Shown piece after piece: positions 27,805-36,982 of a DNA stretch of 64,000 nucleotides. Position numbers and translations under genes: made by a program. The notes under the pieces were generated by a model. The model had not been told where the DNA came from, made no database searches, and saw nothing but the letters and a program-made list of their open reading frames with translations. The stretch's first letter is position 1; each line of letters opens with the position of its first letter. Source of the stretch: Nitrososphaeria archaeon. Lineage in GTDB: Archaea; Thermoproteota; Nitrososphaeria_A; Caldarchaeales; JAVZCJ01. The stretch spans positions 11,866 through 75,865 of the forward strand of contig JBGVSY010000015.1 in assembly GCA_041862235.1 (NCBI GenBank), in the 5' to 3' direction.

Positions 27805-28794
27805 ATGCTTCCAAGGGAGATACGTTATTTAGTGAAACGGGCGTTTGTCGAGTGTAGGACGAAGCCGAGGTTGAACGAGGAGTTACGTGAGGATCTGCGG
27901 CTGCTTCTTCCGAACGAGTCAGAGCAGCTTCTTGAATGCTGCTCAAGACCTCTCAGGGAGAGCATCAGGGTGAATACCCTGAAGATCGACAAAGATACCT
28001 TGGTTTCGAGGCTCACGAAGTATGGCTGGGTGCTTAACCCTGTCCGTTGGTGTGACTACGCCTACTGGGTGGAGCGGTCTTCAAGAGACATAGGCAAGAC
28101 CTTGGAGCACGCCCTAGGCTACTACTACATGCAGGGAGCGGTGTCCCTTGTTCCTGTTGTGGCTCTCGGCCCCCAGCCCGGAGAGAAGGTTCTAGACATC
28201 TGCGCGGCTCCAGGGAGCAAAACCACTCAGATGGGGCAGGAGATGCGGAATACAGGGGTGATAGTTGCAAACGACTCAAATCTGAAGCGGATACGGGCGC
28301 TTTCCTCTAACACACAGAAATGTGGTCTGATTAACTGCGTGATTACCCGGGTCGACGGTAGACGGTTTCCCAATTGGGCAGCGAATACGTTCGACCGCGT
28401 CTTAGTTGATGCTCCATGCACGGCCACAGGGATTATCAGGAAGTCCTGGGCAGCCGCTTCGAGCTGGACTCGCCGCCTAGCGCGAAGGATCTCCCGTCTT
28501 CAAAGATCGCTGCTGCTGGCAGGCTTCGACTGTTTGAAACCCGAGGGAGAGATGGTCTACGCGACTTGCAGCCTATCCCCTGAGGAGAACGAGGTGAACG
28601 TGAGTGAGCTGCTGCGAGCTCGGCCCAAGGCAGAGCTGTTGACCTTTGAGGTGCCGGGAATCTATACGAGACCGGGAGTAGTCGAGTGGAGGGGAAGAAG
28701 ATTCGATTCAAGCATAGCGAAGACCATTCGCATATACCCTCATGACAATGATGCGGAGGGCTTCTTCATCGCCAAGGTGGCGAAGGCAAAGTGA
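27805..28794 (+). CDS. NOL1/NOP2/Sun-family RNA (cytosine-C5)-methyltransferase (aTrm4/RsmF-like catalytic part)
   Basis: 329 aa. It has the SAM motif VLDICAAPGSKTTQM and the catalytic Cys motifs DAPCTATG and YATCSLSPEENE. Confidence 0.8.
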   Translation: MLPREIRYLVKRAFVECRTKPRLNEELREDLRLLLPNESEQLLECCSRPLRESIRVNTLKIDKDTLVSRLTKYGWVLNPVRWCDYAYWVERSSRDIGKTLEHALGYYYMQGAVSLVPVVALGPQPGEKVLDICAAPGSKTTQMGQEMRNTGVIVANDSNLKRIRALSSNTQKCGLINCVITRVDGRRFPNWAANTFDRVLVDAPCTATGIIRKSWAAASSWTRRLARRISRLQRSLLLAGFDCLKPEGEMVYATCSLSPEENEVNVSELLRARPKAELLTFEVPGIYTRPGVVEWRGRRFDSSIAKTIRIYPHDNDAEGFFIAKVAKAK

Positions 28795-29300
28795 AGGCAA
28801 TCCTCTTGGGCGCTACGAAGCGTGAGAGATTGGAGAGGATGCTCAAGTTACAGTACGGGATCGATTGCAGGTTGCCCTCCACCCTCATCCAATCCGGGGC
28901 GGGAAAGATTCGCATCGCTACGCCGGAAGCCTTTGAAGCTGCTCAGTTGCTTCGAGGGGTACATTCAGTCGGACTGTATGTGGTCAAGGTCGTTGATGGA
29001 ACGCCGGTACTTTCTATTGAGGGAACGCATCTCTTCTGCAGGGAGATACGGCAGAATGTCATGGAACTCTCACATGAACAATCTGACGCTTGGATGTCAG
29101 CGTCACCCGTTCAGTTAAAGACACACACGGCGTCGAAGTACGTGGCCGCCAGGAGCGGGCCGGACTGTTTGGGGTGTGGGCGGACATCTGGACCTAAGGT
29201 CTTTCCGTACGTGCCACGGTGGAGGAGAATAGTTCCCCAATCCAGGTTTGAAGTCGGGGGCCCCCAGAGAAAGGCAGACGGGGAAGACAACTATATTTAG
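28791..29300 (+). CDS. RsmF/Trm4 C-terminal PUA-like domain encoded as a separate ORF
   Basis: 169 aa. The GTG start overlaps the methyltransferase stop (GTGA). The pattern ...VHSVGLYVVKVVDGTPVLSIEG...MELSHEQSDAWMS...YVAARSGPDCLGCGRTSGPKVFPYVPRWRR resembles the C-terminal domains that are fused in RsmF-type enzymes. Confidence 0.4.
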   Translation: MKAILLGATKRERLERMLKLQYGIDCRLPSTLIQSGAGKIRIATPEAFEAAQLLRGVHSVGLYVVKVVDGTPVLSIEGTHLFCREIRQNVMELSHEQSDAWMSASPVQLKTHTASKYVAARSGPDCLGCGRTSGPKVFPYVPRWRRIVPQSRFEVGGPQRKADGEDNYI

Positions 29301-29310
29301 CACGATCAAT

Positions 29311-29320
29311 CGATCGATCG
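29311..29320. repeat. CGATCGATCG palindrome, 1 nt upstream of the AMP phosphorylase ATG
   Basis: Read directly from ...caatCGATCGATCGcATG... Confidence 0.9.
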
Positions 29321-29321
29321 C

Positions 29322-30833
29322 ATGAGCTTCATCGCGAAGACAATCGAGATACACACGGATCGAAGAGTTATAGTCCTCAACGAAAAGGACGCCGTCAGAC
29401 TTGCTTTAAAGGAGAGTGATAGGGTCAAGGTGTACTGCGGAGGCAGGGCTGCTTCGGCGATCCTCAGTGTTTCTTCCAAGCTAGTAGCTGAAGGGGAAGC
29501 TGGTGTATTTGACACGTTGAACGACGCGCTTGAAGTCAGAGATGGAGACCGGGTTGAACTCAAGATTTCTGAAGCGCCTAAGTCTGTGCAGTTCGTCAAG
29601 AAGAAGATGATGGATGGCGTGACGTTGACCAAGGATGAAATAAGATCAATAGTCGAAGACATCGTGAGCCTTGACCTCAGCGACCTAGAGATGGCGGCCT
29701 TTGTGATGTCTCAACACTTTCGGGGAATGAACATGGATGAGGCTGAGGCCTTGACGAGATCCATGGTGGAGACGGGTGGGACCATAGATTTCGAAAGGCC
29801 TGTATATGATAAGCACAGCGTGGGCGGCGTACCTGGGAACAAGGTGAGTTTGCTGATCGTCCCGATGGTTGCCGCGGCCGGCCTCTTCATTCCAAAGCTT
29901 TCCAGCCATGCCATAACGTCCCCGAGCGGCACAGCGGACACGATGCAGGTGCTTGCCAACGTTGACTTCTCCGTCGAGGAGTTCAAGGAAGCGGCGATGA
30001 AGGCAGGGGGAGCCATCGCCGCGTCAACTGGAATGAACATCTCTCCAGCAGACGACATCCTAATAAGACGTGTTGAGCATCCCCTGGGCGTTGATCCTGT
30101 GAGCCAGATGGCTGCCAGCATAATGTCGAAGAAGCTGGCGGTTGGCGCGAAGTTCTTGCTACTGGATATCCCTGCAGGGAAGGAGGCGAAGGTGGAGAGT
30201 GAGGAGGAGGCTCGCAGCCTAGCCTCGATGTTCATCGAGTTGGGGCGGAGAACTGGGATGAGGATCGCTTGCGGAATAACTTTCGGAGGAGCTCCGGTGG
30301 GACATGCCGTCGGCTCTGCTCTCGAGGCCCGCGAGGCGCTTCTGGCACTCGCCGGAAAAGCCGCGTCAACCAGCTTGGTTGAGAAGTCAACTGCTCTGAC
30401 TGGAATGATGTTTGAAATGGCTGGAGTAGCCTCCCAAGGTCAGGGCAAGGAGATGGCGGAGGCCACAATTCGAAGCGGAAAGGCTCTGGCCAAGATGCGG
30501 GATATAATCGCGGCTCAGGGCGGCGATCCCAACATCCGGCCAGAGGATATCCCTGTTGGGTCGCATATCGCCGAGGTGAAGGCACGGTCCACTGGATATG
30601 TTACTAGGGTCAGCAACGCTGCACTTGTGGAAATAGCGAGAGCCGCGGGTGCACCAGTGGAGAAAGGAGCAGGCTTCGAGATAGAGGGTAAGGTAGGTCA
30701 CTTCGTTAAGAAAGGCGATGTCATTTTGAGGATATATGCCGAAAGAGAGTCCAAGTTGGAGGCCGCACATAGCCTGGCACTCCATACCGAGCCCATACTC
30801 ATAGAAGGGATGCTCCTACACAGGGTTCCTTGA
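29322..30833 (+). CDS. deoA: AMP phosphorylase (thymidine phosphorylase family II with N-terminal extension)
   Basis: 503 aa. Motifs are HSVGGVPGNKVSLLIVPMVAAAG and TSPSGTADTM. The length and N-terminal ~80-aa domain are typical of archaeal AMPpase. Confidence 0.8.
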   Translation: MSFIAKTIEIHTDRRVIVLNEKDAVRLALKESDRVKVYCGGRAASAILSVSSKLVAEGEAGVFDTLNDALEVRDGDRVELKISEAPKSVQFVKKKMMDGVTLTKDEIRSIVEDIVSLDLSDLEMAAFVMSQHFRGMNMDEAEALTRSMVETGGTIDFERPVYDKHSVGGVPGNKVSLLIVPMVAAAGLFIPKLSSHAITSPSGTADTMQVLANVDFSVEEFKEAAMKAGGAIAASTGMNISPADDILIRRVEHPLGVDPVSQMAASIMSKKLAVGAKFLLLDIPAGKEAKVESEEEARSLASMFIELGRRTGMRIACGITFGGAPVGHAVGSALEAREALLALAGKAASTSLVEKSTALTGMMFEMAGVASQGQGKEMAEATIRSGKALAKMRDIIAAQGGDPNIRPEDIPVGSHIAEVKARSTGYVTRVSNAALVEIARAAGAPVEKGAGFEIEGKVGHFVKKGDVILRIYAERESKLEAAHSLALHTEPILIEGMLLHRVP

Positions 30834-31021
30834 TCTTATAGGATCCTTGCTGGGAGCTCACGACGATACGTCTGCATCGCGCATCCTTGTCGGTGCAGTG
30901 AATCGCACCGATTAACTTCTCGCCATACTTGTAGTTCTCCATTTTTGAATTCATGTCGGTTTCCACCACCCACGGCAACGTTTTTAGACTGCAGAGCAGC
31001 TGGTGGGCTGAACGATTGGCT

Positions 31022-31936
31022 ATGATCCCAGACGAAATTGCGGTCTATCTCAAGCCTTCTGGAAGGATACTTGAGGCTGAAGTTGACTACGGAGACGCGA
31101 GATACGTCGTCTTCGGCATACCTTACGATCTTACGAGTAGCTTCCGCCACGGCTCCAGATTCGCTCCGAGAGCTGTTAGAGAAGCGTCCACCTACATCGA
31201 GGTCTACAGCACCAGAGCCAGTTTTGATGCTTCAAACCTCAAGATAGCTGACCTTGGAGACTTGGCTTGCGTCTATGGTTTGCCGACTATGCTGAGGAGA
31301 GTAAAGGCCGTAGTTGGTAGGATCGCCAGAGACAAGAAGATTCCAGTAATGATCGGGGGAGAGCACACCTTCACGTACAGCGCAGTCGAGGCACTTGGAA
31401 GAGACACGGCACTGGTCTCTTTCGACGCACACATGGACCTGAGACCGGAATACCTTGGCGATGCTTGGAGTCACGCAACTGTTATGAGGAGAATAGCAGA
31501 GAGAATAGATCCCCAAAAGATCGTAATCGTTGGACCTAGAGCATTCACACCCGAGGAGCGACGTTTTGCACAGCATAAGGGGATGAGCTTGATCTACTCG
31601 TGGGAGATCACATCAGACCTGGAGGAATCCAAGAGGAGGCTGCTGGACGCGCTTTCCTCCGCGGAAAGGATCTACCTGACACTCGATATGGATGTTCTGG
31701 ACATTCCATTCGCACCAGGGGTGGGTAACCCAGAACCCGAAGGTATCAACTCGAGCCAGCTCTACGACCTTCTATCAGTAGTAAGTGACCGGAGACTTGT
31801 CGGGTTTGACATAGCTGAAGTGTGTCCGCCATATGACCATGGGCAGGCTGCTGTGCATGCAGCGAAGGCTCTCGTGGAGGTGCTCGCGCACCTGGAAATA
31901 AGCACCGATCACTCGATCGGTGATCATGCTGAATGA
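31022..31936 (+). CDS. speB: Agmatinase (arginase/ureohydrolase family)
   Basis: Metal-binding motifs are GGEHTFTYS, FDAHMDLR and LTLDMDVLDIPFAPGVGNPEPEG. I prefer ATG 31022 to the track start at 30953. Confidence 0.8.
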   Translation: MIPDEIAVYLKPSGRILEAEVDYGDARYVVFGIPYDLTSSFRHGSRFAPRAVREASTYIEVYSTRASFDASNLKIADLGDLACVYGLPTMLRRVKAVVGRIARDKKIPVMIGGEHTFTYSAVEALGRDTALVSFDAHMDLRPEYLGDAWSHATVMRRIAERIDPQKIVIVGPRAFTPEERRFAQHKGMSLIYSWEITSDLEESKRRLLDALSSAERIYLTLDMDVLDIPFAPGVGNPEPEGINSSQLYDLLSVVSDRRLVGFDIAEVCPPYDHGQAAVHAAKALVEVLAHLEISTDHSIGDHAE

Positions 31937-32307
31937 TCAAGAGCGTTGCTATCTAGCGTCGATCAGGAGGAGCATCAAGCTGGAAACGGCCAACGTTGTG
32001 GCCGCCAGGTTTGCTATAGCAACAGCTGCATTCCACCTCAATGATCGATCGATTAGTTTGTCCAGTCGCTTCGCATACCTATGGTCCAGCCAACCTGAAG
32101 CCGCCATAATCCTCTGCTCGATCGCGAGGTTCGCATCAGCAAGTTTTGAATTCTGCAGGGGTATTCCCAAGAATCTTTTGAGCGATCATGGTGACCTCCA
32201 TTTCATCGTAGGTCTCAGACAAAGATTGTGCCGATCGATCAATCGCCAGGCACGCATCTTTCATACGGTGACTCGGGTGATAGGATTGATAGATCGAGGC
32301 GTGATCG

Positions 32308-33675
32308 CTAAACTCTGTCTGAGGCCATCACGGCGATGAATGAGCCGTTGGATTCGTGAAGATGCGGGTAGAGTCGTCTACAGGTTGACAATCCTCTCAA
32401 TCCTGGCTGGCCAATCTTCGGGCTGAATTCCTCCAGCTTGAATTGCGGATGCTCCGCTAAGAAACGTTCAACAACCATCTCGTTCTCCTCCACAGCGATG
32501 CTGCATGTGCAGTAAACCAGCCGGCCTCCCGGCTTGACTGTTCGAGCGGCGTTGCTAAGCATTTGACTCTGGATTCTGTTGAATCTCGCCAAAGATCGTC
32601 GGTTGTATCTCCACTTCTGCGCGGGAACACGCCAGTAGATCCCCGTACCGCTGCAAGGGACGTCAACAAGCACCAGATCCATCATTCGTCTCACTGGGAG
32701 GGTTTTCGTTGCGTCAGTCAATAGAGGATGCACGATATCGACGCCGAGCCTCCGAATATTCTCCTTCAAGACGCGGGTTCTCTTCGGAGAGGAGTCGATC
32801 GAGTAGATAAGTCCCCTGTTTCGCATCAAGAAAGCCATGAGGGCTGTCTTTGCCCCTGGCGCGGCACAGATATCTAGCACGCTCATGCCTTTTCGAGGTG
32901 AAGCTGCACGTACGCAGAGTTGGCTGGCGAAGTCCATCACGAAGAATAGTCCTCTTCTGTAGCTCTCGGTTAGCCTCAGAGGCTTAAGGTATGACTCGAG
33001 TATGTAGGAGGAAGGCAGGCGTCTGTCTCGCCTCACGACAACTCCCTCGGAGCTCAGTTGTTCAAGACAATCCTCTTCATACCCCTTAAGCGGATTGACA
33101 GTAATGTAGGTTGGCGCCTGGTGATTGCTGTGTTTCATGAGCCTGATTGCCTCTGTTCGACCTAGCAGTCTTGTAGCGTAGTTTACGAACCATCTGGGGT
33201 GAAAGTATCTTAGGGCGTCCCTAGACGGAGAATCGAGGTTGAATTCCAGTTCCGGAGGCTCGATCCCCAGTACCCTGCCGAGGTAGGGTTCGACGTCTCG
33301 AAGCGATTTTTCCCCGAACGCCATCCTTCCAGCTCTAGCTAGCTTCAATGCATTGGTCCTTCTTCTGTCTGGTGCTCCGTACACGATTTCACTCACATAG
33401 ATCTTAAGGAAGCGAAGCGCAAGAGGCTTGATCTCTAGCTTCCTCGGCCCCACCAGCTTTTGAGATATCCTGTTGACGCCGTTCTTTCTGCGAAAGAGCT
33501 CGCTAAGAATGCGTAAAGCAGCCATTGTCTCTTCGATGGTGGAGCCGAACTGGTGCGCGGTGGAGTACAGCGATGAATCGATGGAAGTTCGGCGCCTTTC
33601 CATTAGAAACCAAGAACGCTCTGCGAGACGGAGGGCTTGTTGAAGCACTTTTCCTTGAGACGTGGGTTCTCGCAA
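32308..33675 (-). CDS. NOP2/RsmB-like RNA (cytosine-C5)-methyltransferase with N-terminal NusB-like domain
   Basis: 455 aa. Motifs are VLDICAAPGAKTA, DVPCSGTG and YCTCSIAVEENE. Confidence 0.8.
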   Translation of the reverse strand: MREPTSQGKVLQQALRLAERSWFLMERRRTSIDSSLYSTAHQFGSTIEETMAALRILSELFRRKNGVNRISQKLVGPRKLEIKPLALRFLKIYVSEIVYGAPDRRRTNALKLARAGRMAFGEKSLRDVEPYLGRVLGIEPPELEFNLDSPSRDALRYFHPRWFVNYATRLLGRTEAIRLMKHSNHQAPTYITVNPLKGYEEDCLEQLSSEGVVVRRDRRLPSSYILESYLKPLRLTESYRRGLFFVMDFASQLCVRAASPRKGMSVLDICAAPGAKTALMAFLMRNRGLIYSIDSSPKRTRVLKENIRRLGVDIVHPLLTDATKTLPVRRMMDLVLVDVPCSGTGIYWRVPAQKWRYNRRSLARFNRIQSQMLSNAARTVKPGGRLVYCTCSIAVEENEMVVERFLAEHPQFKLEEFSPKIGQPGLRGLSTCRRLYPHLHESNGSFIAVMASDRV

Positions 33676-33792
33676 GGTCTGGGCCTCTTTGGCTTTGTGT
33701 CTTGGAGTGAAGAATAAGGATTGCTAAAGAAGATCAGAGCCGCGAGAGTTATATCTCGAGATGGTTCGGCTCATGACGGAACGACGACGACG

Positions 33793-36291
33793 ATGAGCAC
33801 CGACGCCTCAAGGGATCAGCCAAGGAAGCTTTTCCTCCTATCCGCAGGCTACAATGGTATAGTAGGGAAGGCCTACCTCAAGTTACTCGATCCCAGGCGC
33901 CAAGAGATCGTCATTTGGAACGATCCAACCGGGCACCAACCTTTCTGCTACAGCAGAGAGAGCGTGGAGAAGCTCAAACAGGATGAACGGCTGACTCAAG
34001 CCGGAGCAATCGGATTCCTTAGAGAGAGCAAGTTCGACCTGATGGAAGATAGGCCGATAGAGGTTACGAAGATCGTAGCATCAGATCCACTTGCTGTTGG
34101 AGGAAAAGCAGGCTCCATAAGAGAGTTCATCGAAGCCTGGGAAGCAGACATACCGTATCATCTAAATTACATCTATGATCGTGGTCTCGTTTGCGGAATG
34201 CCGTACAGGGTCCAAAAGAACGATCTTATGCCCCTAGTCGCCGACAGAAAACGCATTAACTCGCTAGTTGAGAAATTGTTTGTTCAGGAGCCCGACGACG
34301 AGAGGAGGGAAATAAGAAACTGGATGCTGTTGCTGGAGGCCGACCAACCGGAGATAAAACACGTTTCCTTGGACATCGAAGTCGTTTCCCCGGTCTCTAC
34401 CAGGGTTCCCTCACCAGGAAGAGCGGAAGACCCAATAGTCTCCGTCGCCCTACGTGGTTCCGACGGGCTCAAAAAAGTCCTCATGCTGAAGAGAGATCTG
34501 GGGGGCGATGTCCTGTCGGGCCTCCCCTTCACTGTTGAACTGTACGAGAACGAGAAGGATCTACTCAAAGAAACCTTCAACACAATTGAAAGCTATCCGA
34601 TTGTAGCAACTTTCAACGGAGACGACTTCGATCTTCCCTACCTGAGAAATCGAGCAGAAAGAGTCGGTGTAGAGAGGTCGGCAGTGCCCGTTCTGGTCGG
34701 CAGACAGGGAGCGTCGCTGAAGAGAGGAATACACCTCGATCTTTATCGACTCTTCTTCAACAAGTCCATGCAGATATATGCCTTTAACAACGCCTATAGG
34801 GAAAACACCCTCGAAGCCGTTGGTCAAGGCGTTCTGGGCCGAGGCAAGGTCGAGATCGAGAAACCAATTGGTCAACTGAACCTGAGAGAGCTCGCGTGCT
34901 ACAACTTCGGAGACGCTGAACTGGTTTACAGTCTTCTCTCATATCACAACGACCTCATCCTGAGGTTGCTTGTTGTGCTGTGTAGGATCAGCAAATTGAC
35001 AATAGAGGATGTCTGCCGGCAGGGTGTGTCTGGCTGGATAAAGAACCTCCTGTTCTACGAGCATAGGGCACGGGGCTATCTTATCCCAAGATCAGACGAC
35101 ATACTCAAAGTGAAGGACGTCACAAGTACGAAAGCGATCATCGAAGGCAAGAAGTATCGAGGAGCGATAGTTGTCAAACCTGTTCCTGGCATGCACTTTG
35201 ACGTGACGGTCCTTGATTTTGCGAGCCTCTACCCCTCGGCACTCAAGGAATGGAACCTTAGCTACGAAACCGTAAGGTGTCCACACCGCGATTGCAGGGG
35301 AAACAGGGTGCCAGAGACGAGCCACTGGATCTGCACGAAGAGGAAGGGCTTGGAGAGTCTGCTTGTAGGATCGCTGAGAGACATCAGGGTTGCTTGGTAC
35401 AAGCCTAAGAGCAGCGATCAGCGTCTCCCGGAGGAGACTAGGATATGGTATTCCGTGGTCCAAAGGGCGCTCAAAGTCTTCCTGAACGCCAGCTATGGGG
35501 TCTTTGGAGCCCGGATCTTCCCCCTTTACTGTCCTCCTGTGGCTGAGAGCACAGCGGCAATTGGAAGACACGCCTTCAGCAGGGCTATAGAAAAAGCCAG
35601 AGAACTCGGGGTGGAGGTCATCTACGGCGATACAGACAGTATCTTCCTAGAGACGGACGACAAGAACTTGGTCAGGATGCTCATCGACTGGGCTGCCCGC
35701 GATCTGAGGTTGGATCTTGAGATAGACAAGGTATACAGGTATGTTGTCTTCTCGACAAGAAAGAAGAACTACCTCGGCGTGACCACGAGCAATGTGCTCG
35801 ACGTCAAGGGATTGACTGGGAAGAAGAGACACGTCCCCATATTCATAAAGAACGCCTTCGACGATATGGTCGAGAAACTGAGGAACGTCCGTACACCGGA
35901 GGATCTAGCTGAAGCCAGACGACAAATAGAGGACATACTAAGGGATTGGTATCACAAGTTGAACCGCAAAGAGTTCAGCCTCGAGGATGTGTCATTTCAC
36001 GTGATGATGAGCCGCGCCCCGGAAAGATACGTCAAGACAACCCCTCAACACGTCAAAGCCGCAAGAAAGCTCCAAGGTCAGGGATTGAATGTTTCTGCAG
36101 GGGATATCATAAGCTTTGTGAAGACAAGAGACCGAGAAGGTGTACAGCCTCTTCAGCTCGCACGCAAGGAGGACGTAGACGTCGATAAATACATGGAGTA
36201 TCTCGAGTCCACCTTCGACCAAGTCCTTGATGCCCTTGGCCTTGACTTCAAGTCAATCAAGGGTATAAGCAGCCTTGAAGACTTTTTCTAG
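33793..36291 (+). CDS. polB: Family B DNA polymerase
   Basis: Exonuclease motifs are LDIEV, FNGDDFDLPYL and YNFGDAELVY. Polymerase motifs are VLDFASLYPS, KVFLNASYGVFG and YGDTDSIF. I prefer ATG 33793 to the track's TTG 33721, because TTATAT lies about 35 nt upstream. Confidence 0.9.
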   Translation: MSTDASRDQPRKLFLLSAGYNGIVGKAYLKLLDPRRQEIVIWNDPTGHQPFCYSRESVEKLKQDERLTQAGAIGFLRESKFDLMEDRPIEVTKIVASDPLAVGGKAGSIREFIEAWEADIPYHLNYIYDRGLVCGMPYRVQKNDLMPLVADRKRINSLVEKLFVQEPDDERREIRNWMLLLEADQPEIKHVSLDIEVVSPVSTRVPSPGRAEDPIVSVALRGSDGLKKVLMLKRDLGGDVLSGLPFTVELYENEKDLLKETFNTIESYPIVATFNGDDFDLPYLRNRAERVGVERSAVPVLVGRQGASLKRGIHLDLYRLFFNKSMQIYAFNNAYRENTLEAVGQGVLGRGKVEIEKPIGQLNLRELACYNFGDAELVYSLLSYHNDLILRLLVVLCRISKLTIEDVCRQGVSGWIKNLLFYEHRARGYLIPRSDDILKVKDVTSTKAIIEGKKYRGAIVVKPVPGMHFDVTVLDFASLYPSALKEWNLSYETVRCPHRDCRGNRVPETSHWICTKRKGLESLLVGSLRDIRVAWYKPKSSDQRLPEETRIWYSVVQRALKVFLNASYGVFGARIFPLYCPPVAESTAAIGRHAFSRAIEKARELGVEVIYGDTDSIFLETDDKNLVRMLIDWAARDLRLDLEIDKVYRYVVFSTRKKNYLGVTTSNVLDVKGLTGKKRHVPIFIKNAFDDMVEKLRNVRTPEDLAEARRQIEDILRDWYHKLNRKEFSLEDVSFHVMMSRAPERYVKTTPQHVKAARKLQGQGLNVSAGDIISFVKTRDREGVQPLQLARKEDVDVDKYMEYLESTFDQVLDALGLDFKSIKGISSLEDFF

Positions 36292-36450
36292 CAGGAATAC
36301 TTTTGCGCGCGAAGGCTATCAACCATTACCCAAGCATCATAGCTTGCATGGCCGGAAGTCCGACGGTCTATTGGTCGCCCGGCAGAAAAAGATGGGTGAC
36401 CAACCAACGGGGGAGTTCAACCCCTTCACGTTGATTGATCTGTTTTTTCT

Positions 36451-36549
36451 CTACTTCTTCTTTCTCTTGCTCTTCTTGGCGGGTTTTTTCTTAACCGCTC
36501 TCTTTCTCTTCTTTGGTGCTTTCTTCTTTGCTGATTTCTTTCTGGGCAT
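36451..36549 (-). CDS. 32-aa extremely Lys/Arg-rich micro-protein (not in the supplied ORF track)
   Basis: My translation is MPRKKSAKKKAPKKRKRAVKKKPAKKSKRKKK*, which has 17 Lys, 4 Arg and no acidic residue. The ATG is preceded by GGAGGT with a 6-nt spacer. It is the only plausible gene in an intergenic stretch of nearly 700 bp. The sense-strand alternative is a poly-Phe/Leu ORF. Confidence 0.45.
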   Translation of the reverse strand: MPRKKSAKKKAPKKRKRAVKKKPAKKSKRKKK

Positions 36550-36982
36550 GTGTTTACCTCCGCACTACAGGTCTTTTTCTCGTTTTTTGTGCAGTGCTTG
36601 CAGCTTTTAAGATTTGTGGTTCAGCATTTGTCGAAGCAATCGCGTGATTAAGGGTAAGGATTCGGTTGAATCACTGAGTTGGCTTCGAGCAAATGGGAGG
36701 TGGATTTTGATCCAGCTGGCCACGAGTTCCTTCTGAAGAATTGTCACTTCGTCTCAGCGATTGCAGGAGGAATCTGGAATATCTTTAATGATGTTTTTGT
36801 CACCCTGAATCAAAGTCTTCTGACCACGTCAAGGGGAATGTCGGCTGAAATATGACTGGATCGTTGTGGGTTTTCATACCTTGCTCGAAGATATTCAGCT
36901 TGGATTGATCGCGATCGATCAGCCAGTGAAGATCACTCACGTTTCCAACTCTTCGCTGAGCACCAATCTTAAAGAGAGGTTG

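Noticed and set aside
30836-31150. 104-aa minus-strand ORF upstream of and overlapping speB
   Set aside because: It overlaps the agmatinase 5' region and has neither a motif nor an SD site. It is more likely promoter or 5' UTR sequence plus an antisense shadow.
36409-36425. GGGGG-AGTTCAA-CCCCT hairpin resembling a tRNA T-arm
   Set aside because: The TTC is out of register for a T-loop, and no matching acceptor, D or anticodon arms exist nearby. It may instead be a polB terminator hairpin, since a T6 run follows at about 36443.
36275-36610. 111-aa plus-strand ORF ending in FFLYFFFLLLFLAGFFLTALFLFFGAFFFADFFLG
   Set aside because: It begins inside the polB 3' end and has no SD site. The poly-Phe/Leu run is the mirror image of the SD-led poly-Lys micro-ORF on the other strand, which I consider the more plausible reading.
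36787-36823. C/D-box sRNA-like string AATGATGT-(10 nt)-CTGA-(11 nt)-CTGA
   Set aside because: The C box is imperfect, there is no C' box, and the unit is too short for a dual-guide archaeal sRNA. No terminal stem is visible.
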